From a virus, in the IMG/VR virus record IMGVR_UViG_3300005098_000446: a stretch of 25,481 nucleotides of DNA, one strand, 5' to 3'. The position numbers and the translations under genes were made by a program. The notes below the pieces were generated by a model. The model saw nothing but the letters and a program-made list of their open reading frames with translations. It was not told where the DNA came from and searched no databases. The first letter of the stretch is position 1. Every line of letters starts with the position of its first letter. Shown here in pieces: positions 17,590 through 24,807 of this stretch.

Positions 17590-18491
17590 ATGACTATAAT
17601 TAGCAGAGTTGAAGTTAGGAAAGTGGATGATAACAGCGCGCAGGTAAGGTGCCGGACGAACGATCGCTGTATCGTCGAATGCCTCATCACTGACGATTTA
17701 TCGAAGCCACTCAATGATTGGGGGATTATGAGCGATCCCCGTAAGAGGAGGAGCCACCGATTCAATTGGGAAGACCTCACACCAGGTACAACCTACCACT
17801 ATACACTCAGATGCGATGGTTGTGAAAAAACCGATGTTCAGACTTTCGCAACAACTGGAAGTACACCGGGACCAGTGCCACCAACACCCACGCCAACCGA
17901 CTTCGTGATGGACACACGGTATTTCGATGGCGATGGCGGGCAGTACGGTATCTGGGAGGACGACCCGAAGCTGGACATCACCGGTCCAAAAACATTCCTG
18001 TGTTGGTTCCGTCGCGACGTATTCAACCTCCAGCAGTTCCTGTTATCAAAGGGTCACTGGGGAGACAGGATTGGCTGGAGATATATGATCAAGCAGACGA
18101 AGCCTCCGTATCAGTATGAGCAGATACAGTTCGACGTGGGCGATGGCAGGGACCTCAACTACTACAAGACCTTGCAGGGGACTCAAAAGACCACTTCACG
18201 GCATTTGTGTTCAACCCGGACAAGATATACACGGACTCGAAGGGTGTAGACACGCATGGTTTCTTACAGCTCGATGGAGACCCTGATAAATACTACATGG
18301 CGCGTAGCGGAGATACATTGATCTCGCGCGTGAAACCGTACCGGAGAGAGATGTACGTCGGCAGGCACTTCTGTGAGGGCAAGTTCTATTTCGCGGGAAT
18401 GATTTACTTCGCAAGGATCATTGACGACGATATTGGGAAGGACGGCACAGTCGATTTCTACAATCGGACGAAACATCTGTACAACGTCTGA
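17590..18491 (+). pseudogene. FN3-like domain + Pro/Thr linker + LamG-like domain, frameshifted near 18180
   Basis: HRFNWEDLTPGTTYHYTL (FN3-like); the LamG-like sequence continues as DSKDHFTAFVFNPDKIY in the -1 frame (ORF 18207-18491). Confidence 0.7.
18089..18179 (+). repeat. 91-bp perfect repeat, copy 2
   Basis: Identical to 15703-15793. Confidence 0.95.
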
Positions 18492-18578
18492 AAACTCTGA
18501 TTATGGGGTAAAGTTTAAATGTGTTGCGCATCTAACAGTGATACCATCACTGACACTGACACAGGAGAATGATAACAC

Positions 18579-18731
18579 ATGCCACAGGTATACATCCGAG
18601 AAGGAACGTATCAGAAGATCATAGACTCAGGGGTAATGAAGAGAGAGGACATACGTGATTTTGTGAACGATGCGATCGATGCCGTGATTAAATCGAAGGA
18701 ACAGGGAGATTCGCAACAGGCGTCACAATGA
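18579..18731 (+). CDS. RHH-like regulator, 50 aa (not in ORF track)
   Basis: MPQVYIREGTYQKIIDSGVMKREDIRDFVNDAIDAVIK; paralogue of 10822-10977. Confidence 0.65.
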   Translation: MPQVYIREGTYQKIIDSGVMKREDIRDFVNDAIDAVIKSKEQGDSQQASQ

Positions 18732-18739
18732 GCCCCCAT

Positions 18740-18764
18740 AAAAACAGGTAACCCCCGAAGGGGT
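18740..18764 (-). terminator. Probable minus-strand terminator
   Basis: Minus strand ACCCC-TTCG-GGGGT followed by TACCTGTTTTT. Confidence 0.5.
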
Positions 18765-18885
18765 GATGCCGGAGATTTACACTCTCGTGCCAACCGTCTC
18801 TCGGCATCGTACGTGTGTCCAAAGTGCAGATATCATATACACCACATTCTACATAAACCTACTCTCTCTCACGCGCTGCGTATCT

Positions 18886-19236
18886 TCATATCTGGTGCCG
18901 CTGCCTGTCCTTAAATTCTTGTTGCTTGGCAGCGTTCCAGCCCGATACTGGCTGATAATACCCTGTCACTCGTGAAAGTTGCTCAACGCAGTGGTTGTTG
19001 CAATCCGGGCACATGGGGTTCCCGCATAATGGGCACACCGCTATTGTCGCTACATATTGTTTGTGACACTTCGCCCGATTGTGCCACACCCATAGGTTGA
19101 GGGGACAGTCCGCGGGATCATCAACTGTGATCAATTCGCCATTGTTGAAATGTTTTATCCAGGCGAGATTCCGGTCGATGAACGCTTTCCGCGGAAGCGC
19201 CATCATCTCTTTTATGTCAATCGGTTTATATTTCAT
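18886..19236 (-). CDS. Standalone NrdD C-terminal Zn-ribbon/glycyl-radical domain protein
   Basis: CPLCG...CPDC followed by SRVTGYYQPVSGWNAAKQQEFKDR. Confidence 0.8.
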   Translation of the reverse strand: MKYKPIDIKEMMALPRKAFIDRNLAWIKHFNNGELITVDDPADCPLNLWVWHNRAKCHKQYVATIAVCPLCGNPMCPDCNNHCVEQLSRVTGYYQPVSGWNAAKQQEFKDRQRHQI

Positions 19237-20589
19237 AGTACCTTGCGCAAGGAAACTCCGTTACTTGTAGCGGAGAGGAATTGCGCCTCCATAAAGCTTA
19301 TATGGTTACGTGACGTAGTTCTTATTGGTGAGACCTTGAAAACTGTAGTACTTAACTGTTTGCCGCTAACCAATAAGAAACAGCAGATACGTGATAGATT
19401 CTTTAAAGAATATCTTCGCGTTCTGAATATCACACTTAACTCCTTGCACGATGCTAAATCTTCCAATGATTTGCACCATCTAACATATTTCAACATTCGT
19501 AAAACCTCCTTTTTGCCTTCTGATATTGTTGAAGAAGCCCGGAAAGATGTCTGGGCTAAACGTAAGACTGTTAAGAATAAATTTAAACGATGCTCCATTC
19601 GACTTAACAAAAGATGGTTTAAGTTTTTCACAACGGATCGAGCAACTCCCTGTTTCAAGATCACCTACGCTCCACATAAAACCTTTACTATCCCTATAGC
19701 CATCGACGGCAGTTATGATCGATTTAATCAGTTCCTTAATGCTGGTTGGGTCATCAAGACTATATCCCTTCTTGATGATAAGATTGCAGTTGCCATCGAC
19801 AAAGAGTTTGATGTTCCCGACCCACTCAGCAGGTATGTTATTGGTGTTGATGTCGGTTCGACCACTCTCGCCGCGATAACTGTTTTTGACACCCTCAAAA
19901 ACCGTGTTGTCAAACAGCTTTACTTGGGTAGAGATGTTGCTATTAGACAACACAAATTTGTGGATCGGCGCGCTTTGCTCCAAAGCAAGGCTGACAAAGG
20001 GTCTGATCAAGCGAAGAAGAGTCTCAAACGACTTGCTAACAAACAATTCAACTTTGTCAAGACCCGTAGTGGTCAAATTGCTAAAGAGATTGTAAATCTT
20101 GCGGTTGAATACAATGCATCTGTCGCCATTGAGAAACTTACCATTAGAGGCAGGAAACACCAATTTAACAAGACTGCCAACCGAAAGATAAATACGATTC
20201 CATACGCGCAGTTTAGAGACTTTCTCGTGTCGGACTGTGTTGAGCATGGAGTGTATCTTGATCAGATTGACCCATACCACACCTCGAAGTGGTGTCCTTA
20301 CTGCGGTGCAGTGAACAAAGGACATGCCTCGTCTAACTACGCTTTGTATAAGTGTAAAGGGTGCGGTCGGGTTGTCAACAGCGATAGGAAAGCGTCCCAT
20401 GCTGTTGCTATCAAATCGGCTTTGGTGCGGGAACAAATACAAGGTCTCACCAACCTTTTTTCCCAGTTTACCAAAGCTGGAGTTGCTGTAAACCATCTCT
20501 TCCGTCCAGGTGATAAGGTTTTGAGTTGTGCTGTGCATGATATCAATCCTTTGATGGAAAGCCCCGTGTCTTGACACGGGGTAGTTTAC
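19237..20589 (+). mobile_element. IS200/IS605-family tnpB-only (IS1341-like) element
   Basis: LE hairpin CTCCGTTAC-TT-GTAGCGGAG (19256-19275) preceded by GAAA, with TTCAT at 19232-19236. RE hairpin CCCCGTGTC-TT-GACACGGGG (20562-20581) preceded by AAAG and ending TTAC (20586-20589). AT-richer than flanks; no tnpA. Confidence 0.85.
19336..20574 (+). CDS. tnpB: IS-encoded TnpB nuclease (~412 aa)
   Basis: GVDVG, AIEKL, TSKWCPYC...CKGC, NSDRKAS; TTG start after GGTGA. Confidence 0.9.
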   Translation: MKTVVLNCLPLTNKKQQIRDRFFKEYLRVLNITLNSLHDAKSSNDLHHLTYFNIRKTSFLPSDIVEEARKDVWAKRKTVKNKFKRCSIRLNKRWFKFFTTDRATPCFKITYAPHKTFTIPIAIDGSYDRFNQFLNAGWVIKTISLLDDKIAVAIDKEFDVPDPLSRYVIGVDVGSTTLAAITVFDTLKNRVVKQLYLGRDVAIRQHKFVDRRALLQSKADKGSDQAKKSLKRLANKQFNFVKTRSGQIAKEIVNLAVEYNASVAIEKLTIRGRKHQFNKTANRKINTIPYAQFRDFLVSDCVEHGVYLDQIDPYHTSKWCPYCGAVNKGHASSNYALYKCKGCGRVVNSDRKASHAVAIKSALVREQIQGLTNLFSQFTKAGVAVNHLFRPGDKVLSCAVHDINPLMESPVS

Positions 20590-20614
20590 GATCGTATCTG
20601 AAGTGCTGGTACTG

Positions 20615-21529
20615 TTACCCGGACTTTCTCGGTCTTTCGATCTGGATATATCCCGGATGTTCCAGACGTTGGTGTTTTTTCAGAACGTCTGTCCGTGTCC
20701 TGAACCATAACCGCTTGAATTCTTCAACCAGATTTGCCCCAATTGATGATGGGAACCTCTCATGTAATTTTTCTATCCTATTGAGAGCCTCGCATGGAGA
20801 TTTGGAGATCATTATTGCTTGCGCAATCGCGGTTTCATGAGGTTCCCCCACTTCAGGAGGACGGTACAGGTTTTCTTTATAATAATTCTGCCACAACCTC
20901 CAGATTATCTTCTCCTCAATCATGCTCTCTTCTTCGGTCGTGTTATCCTCCTTATCAATCATCTTCTCCTCCTCCTCAATCATGCTCTCCTCATCCGGAG
21001 GGCGCGATCCCATGTATGACTCGATGAACTCCTTGCTGTATTTCGCCAGCCATGGGTATTCGGATATCACCGCCTCATAGTAACCAATCTTTGGTTTCCT
21101 GCCCATACGTGCTCGGATCACATGATCCGTAATTCTGCGCAGGAAATCGTAATCGAATCCAGCAGCCTCAACAACAGCTCTCTCACTTGGGAAGAGTTTG
21201 GTGCGGTGCTTATACAGAATCACATTTTCTTCTTGAGTGGGGAGCAGCCCCTCTGTTGTGATGATGTGTCTATATGCTTCGATAACATCTTCGCGTGTGA
21301 CCGGGCGATGTTCAAACTCGCTCCATGGCTTCTTCGTCGGCGCAACAAACTCTTCAAGCCCGACGGCTTTAATCACATCCTTCCATGATTTAACACCGAA
21401 TACTCTAACGAATGTGTTTCTACCGGGTCCACCAAGTTTGATGAGATCAGTTGTTCTCGGCGCACGTCCAAGCCGGCGGGTGTAAGTACGGAGGCGATCC
21501 GCTAATTGCTTTCGGGTATACACCGGCAT
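20615..21529 (-). CDS. Protein with two homing-endonuclease-associated helical repeats and an acidic C-terminal part
   Basis: YTRKQL...LGRAP...FVRVFG..SWKDVIKAVGL and TREDVIEA...LPT...LFPSERAVVEAAGF; no HNH catalytic motif seen. Confidence 0.6.
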   Translation of the reverse strand: MPVYTRKQLADRLRTYTRRLGRAPRTTDLIKLGGPGRNTFVRVFGVKSWKDVIKAVGLEEFVAPTKKPWSEFEHRPVTREDVIEAYRHIITTEGLLPTQEENVILYKHRTKLFPSERAVVEAAGFDYDFLRRITDHVIRARMGRKPKIGYYEAVISEYPWLAKYSKEFIESYMGSRPPDEESMIEEEEKMIDKEDNTTEEESMIEEKIIWRLWQNYYKENLYRPPEVGEPHETAIAQAIMISKSPCEALNRIEKLHERFPSSIGANLVEEFKRLWFRTRTDVLKKHQRLEHPGYIQIERPRKSG

Positions 21530-21531
21530 GA

Positions 21532-21585
21532 TTCATCTCACTTGCGTAGTGGGACCCCGTCCGCAAGAGCGGGGAGGGATTGCGC
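21532..21585 (+). mobile_element. Relic IS200/IS605 left end
   Basis: TTCAT-N4-CTTGCG-N8-20-nt hairpin (CCCCGT...GCGGGG)-AGGGATTGCGC aligns with the LE at 19232-19286. Confidence 0.65.
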
Positions 21586-21778
21586 GTGTAGTGCCTGCGA
21601 CGAAACGTGTTATGCCTAACCACTCATCCATCGCTCGTGCTTCTTCTTCCGTGACACGCCGGCGATAGATAATCGGGTGCTTCTTCACATCGTTTGGGAA
21701 GTAGTGCTCTTCAACCGCTTTCATCGAGTGAAAGATTCTTCCGTTGCTCGATTTGTGGTCTGCTTCTGCTTGTGTCAT
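21533..21778 (-). CDS. Hypothetical protein; C-terminus runs through the IS relic
   Basis: GGAGG then MTQAEADHK... Confidence 0.55.
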   Translation of the reverse strand: MTQAEADHKSSNGRIFHSMKAVEEHYFPNDVKKHPIIYRRRVTEEEARAMDEWLGITRFVAGTTRAIPPRSCGRGPTTQVR

Positions 21779-21856
21779 GTTTCTATGCCTCCTGATCAGC
21801 CAGGGGCTCACTCAAGCCTCTTCCTCGACCTGTCGGGAAGGAAGGGGTGGTTGACC

Positions 21857-22252
21857 TTAATCGATCAGACCTTTCGCAAGGCGCTTCGCTGTGGACTCGA
21901 CACACCGCTCGTGTTCAGATGTCCCGGGTTCCGCGCCGAACAGTTTCTCACACATACCTGCCGCAGTGTTTCTACCCCACTCACTTTCAGCGATTGCTGC
22001 GATACGCTCTTCACGGGTGAGTTCCGGATTTGAATGCGCAATCTTAATCACTTCTGGTGGAGCAGAGACGGTCATGCCTTCTATGTTGACCGGTACACCA
22101 GGACCACCGCAATACTCGGCGAGAGTGTCCCACGCCGCTTTCATGGCGAGCCAGCACTTGTTATGGGTCTCTCGTTCTGGGTTGGTGGGCGATGATGACT
22201 CTGTCTCATAGTCTTCAGGGAATGCACTGATTACGTCTTCTATGTCTGCCAT
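21857..22252 (-). CDS. Hypothetical helical Cys-pair protein
   Basis: 131-aa ORF with own promoter-like CGAAGAGGTTAAGT on the minus strand (~22283-22296). Confidence 0.75.
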   Translation of the reverse strand: MADIEDVISAFPEDYETESSSPTNPERETHNKCWLAMKAAWDTLAEYCGGPGVPVNIEGMTVSAPPEVIKIAHSNPELTREERIAAIAESEWGRNTAAGMCEKLFGAEPGTSEHERCVESTAKRLAKGLID

Positions 22253-22411
22253 ATTAATGAATTATTAGTGACGTAGTCCAACTTAACCTCTTCGGTTGGA
22301 AGTCCACCAAAAGGATGCTGTACAAAAAAAGAAAAAGAGATGATCGGAGGGGGTGCATTGTGCACCACCTGGATCACGCGGATGGGGCGAGAGCCTCGTA
22401 GCCTGCCCTTA

Positions 22412-22558
22412 TCAGGCGGGTGCGAGAGCCTCGTATCCTGCCTTCATGTTGGCGACAAGACGGTCGAACGCTGCGTTGCAACCTTCCTCAGGGATACCAA
22501 GGTAACCCTTGCAGACCTTCGCTGAGTATAGCTTCTTCGCACTTGCTTGCGTTGCCAT
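22412..22558 (-). CDS. 48-aa small protein, copy 3 (not in ORF track)
   Basis: MATQASAKKLYSAKVCKGYLGIPEEGCNAAFDRLVANMKAGYEALAPA; AAGGAGG RBS. Confidence 0.85.
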   Translation of the reverse strand: MATQASAKKLYSAKVCKGYLGIPEEGCNAAFDRLVANMKAGYEALAPA

Positions 22559-22582
22559 TCTTTTTATCCTCCTTTTACTGTA

Positions 22583-22729
22583 TTACTCTCTCTTGAGAGC
22601 TTCGTATCCTCGCCTCATATTAGCAAGGCAATCATCGAAGGCTCGCTCACAACCCGATACACCAATACCGAGGTAACTCTTGCAGACCTTTGCCGCGTAG
22701 AGTTTCTTGGCGGTGATTGTTGATGCCAT
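22583..22729 (-). CDS. 48-aa small protein, copy 2 (diverged; not in ORF track)
   Basis: MASTITAKKLYAAKVCKSYLGIGVSGCERAFDDCLANMRRGYEALKRE. Confidence 0.8.
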   Translation of the reverse strand: MASTITAKKLYAAKVCKSYLGIGVSGCERAFDDCLANMRRGYEALKRE

Positions 22730-22776
22730 GTGATCATTCCTGTGGCGTTACGTGGGAGCCTCGTAACCTGCCCTTA

Positions 22777-22920
22777 TCAGGGTGCGAGAGCCTCGTAGCC
22801 TGCCTTCATGTTTTCGACCAGACGATCGAACGCAGCGTTGCAACCTTTCTCAGAGATACCAAGGTAACCCTTGCAGACCTTCGCTGAGTATATCTTCTTC
22901 GCACTTGCTTGTGTTGCCAT
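22777..22920 (-). CDS. 47-aa small protein, copy 1 (not in ORF track)
   Basis: MATQASAKKIYSAKVCKGYLGISEKGCNAAFDRLVENMKAGYEALAP; AAGGAGG RBS, TTTATATA upstream (~22971-22978). Confidence 0.85.
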   Translation of the reverse strand: MATQASAKKIYSAKVCKGYLGISEKGCNAAFDRLVENMKAGYEALAP

Positions 22921-23034
22921 TCTTTTTATCCTCCTTTTGAGTTGTTACGGACTACAATCTGTCTTGGGGGTATATAAAGATGTGTGCGCCTTTGTCTGCT
23001 TTTGTCTGCTTTTGTCCGCCGTCCCGCGCGGCAG

Positions 23035-23316
23035 TTACTCGATCTCTGCACTGATGTCTTCCCACAGATCATGGGTCGTCGTCTTTTCTTCAACAGGGGA
23101 TTCATTCCCTGATTTCTCGAACTTCTCGAAAGCGCGTCTCCACTGCGTTCTAAACTTCTCGAAATCTTCCCCCATTATCCTCCTGGCGAAGGGTTTTCCT
23201 TTCTCGCCCAGAGAGATCATCTTCATCGTCGCTTTTGCGCACTTTGACTTGTCAAGACCATCACATGCACCAAGCTCGATCAGTGCCTCGGTCAACGTGT
23301 TTACACCAATCGACAT
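23035..23316 (-). CDS. Hypothetical protein
   Basis: 93-aa ORF coupled to the upstream stop. Confidence 0.65.
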   Translation of the reverse strand: MSIGVNTLTEALIELGACDGLDKSKCAKATMKMISLGEKGKPFARRIMGEDFEKFRTQWRRAFEKFEKSGNESPVEEKTTTHDLWEDISAEIE

Positions 23317-24272
23317 CAGGCACCCTCCTCTATCACAGCTTTAGATATCTCTTTCATTATATCACCAGCCAAATCTTCGATTCCCAAAATGTTTTCCATC
23401 TTCTTGCGGGCAGCTTCAGCAGCGACGCGTGTCACGTTGCTTGCATGAAGCTTGCTCAGTCTCACTACAACCGCAGAGTAGAACGACATCAGTTTCGTTA
23501 GGTTGCCCTCGTATTTATCAACCATGAGCAGTGTCGCAATGGCAGTGAGTTCAGGCAGCGCCCGACCATCAAATACCCATCCAAAAGTCTCGATTGCTTC
23601 ACCGATAGCGGCTATCCTACCGGTGACGACACCAAGTGCTATTGGATAGAATATTTCAATGTCAATGTCCCACATGTCGGGACCGGGTTTTCGCAATTCT
23701 TCGATCTCGCTTCTCGGTATTTTCTCGGTGATGCCTCTTCGTTCCTCTGCAAGACGTCTTATGCGCTCTTCTTTAACTCCCTTAAGTCTTGCGAGTTCGA
23801 CCCTCGCGTCCCGTCCGATTTTCTCGGTTGCGACCTGCGCTTTCACCACTCCCCATGGCTCTATCATCTCCACATATTTATCATACGCGGCTACGGTTGG
23901 GTTCTCCAGTAGTTCCTTTTTGAGAGATTCGATTTTCTCTATTTCCTCAACCGTGAAATCAGTCGGTTCTTCTTCTTTCTCCGTTTTTTTTGATCCGGAC
24001 TGTTTTTTCAGTTCTTCTTCGACCTTGCGATAAGCCTTGTTATATCGTCTGATGAACCGTGTGCTGTTTTTACCGAGGCGTTCCTTTATCTCTTTTATCG
24101 CCTGATCGAGGTCTTCGTTGTCAACCCTCGCGAGGAGAACCAGTGCGTGGCGGCACTTCTTTTCGTCAGCTGGTTCAAGGTCTTTGCAGATGACTTCCCA
24201 GTGACCCGGTCCGCTTTTCCTTGCGGCGTTCTTCGCCACTTTGACACGCACCTCTGGATCATCTATCATCAT
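23316..24272 (-). CDS. Hypothetical helical protein with hydrophobic C-terminal region
   Basis: 318-aa ORF in operon context. Confidence 0.75.
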   Translation of the reverse strand: MMIDDPEVRVKVAKNAARKSGPGHWEVICKDLEPADEKKCRHALVLLARVDNEDLDQAIKEIKERLGKNSTRFIRRYNKAYRKVEEELKKQSGSKKTEKEEEPTDFTVEEIEKIESLKKELLENPTVAAYDKYVEMIEPWGVVKAQVATEKIGRDARVELARLKGVKEERIRRLAEERRGITEKIPRSEIEELRKPGPDMWDIDIEIFYPIALGVVTGRIAAIGEAIETFGWVFDGRALPELTAIATLLMVDKYEGNLTKLMSFYSAVVVRLSKLHASNVTRVAAEAARKKMENILGIEDLAGDIMKEISKAVIEEGA

Positions 24273-24393
24273 CGATAACAGCCCTCCGCATCCTCCTCGA
24301 CATGACTAACAGCTCGTCTGTGTCGATGCATTTTATCTCATCGATAGTTAGGTCATCCGGTATCTTAACTCTTGGTAGGTTACGTGGATCCAT
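24259..24393 (-). CDS. Hypothetical 44-aa protein (not in ORF track)
   Basis: MDPRNLPRVKIPDDLTIDEIKCIDTDELLVMSRRMRRAVIDDDR; fills the operon gap. Confidence 0.45.
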   Translation of the reverse strand: MDPRNLPRVKIPDDLTIDEIKCIDTDELLVMSRRMRRAVIDDDR

Positions 24394-24601
24394 CTTTATC
24401 ACTCCTGTTGCTCTGATCTTCTCTCAACAATTTTCCCAGTTTCTTCACGTCGACTGCATCCGATCCGAGTGACTTCCACCAGAAATTCAGCACGAACCTG
24501 ACTGCCGCACCATCGGTCGGTAGGTTAAACCCTTCCCTGACCTTATCTATAATTCTTTGCTCTGCATCAGAGAAACGTATCGATTTTTTGTGTCTTCTCA
24601 T
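24380..24601 (-). CDS. RHH-like DNA-binding protein
   Basis: KKSIRFSDAEQRIIDKVREGFNLPTDGAAVRFVL. Confidence 0.65.
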   Translation of the reverse strand: MRRHKKSIRFSDAEQRIIDKVREGFNLPTDGAAVRFVLNFWWKSLGSDAVDVKKLGKLLREDQSNRSDKDGST

Positions 24602-24807
24602 GCTAGAGCCTCTTTCATTCCTTCGATGTTTCTTATGATAGGTCCGACAGCCTTCTCTGGGTGCTCCTGGTATTTCGTGAACTTGCTGAGCAGCTTCCGG
24701 TAGTACTTCATCCCTGCCCTGATTTGCTTTTCTGTTAGACCTTCGTCATACAATAGCTTCATCAAGATGCGTTCGTTTTCCGGAACAGTCAATGTTACCA
24801 GAGTCAT
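24598..24807 (-). CDS. Hypothetical protein
   Basis: ATGA-coupled 69-aa ORF. Confidence 0.6.
   Translation of the reverse strand: MTLVTLTVPENERILMKLLYDEGLTEKQIRAGMKYYRKLLSKFTKYQEHPEKAVGPIIRNIEGMKEALA

Noticed and set aside
15703-18179. Diversity-generating retroelement TR/VR pair
   Set aside because: The copies are identical rather than differing at adenines, and no reverse transcriptase is in the window.
20912-20989. 18-bp direct repeat at 60-bp spacing
   Set aside because: Simple in-frame duplication (ESMIEE) in an acidic linker.
20615-21529. Active homing endonuclease
   Set aside because: Only the associated helical repeats are seen; no HNH, GIY-YIG or LAGLIDADG motif.
22412-22920. DGR-type or CRISPR-type repeats
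   Set aside because: The repeats are open reading frames with RBSs; differences include T/C and G/T changes, and there is no repeat-spacer periodicity.
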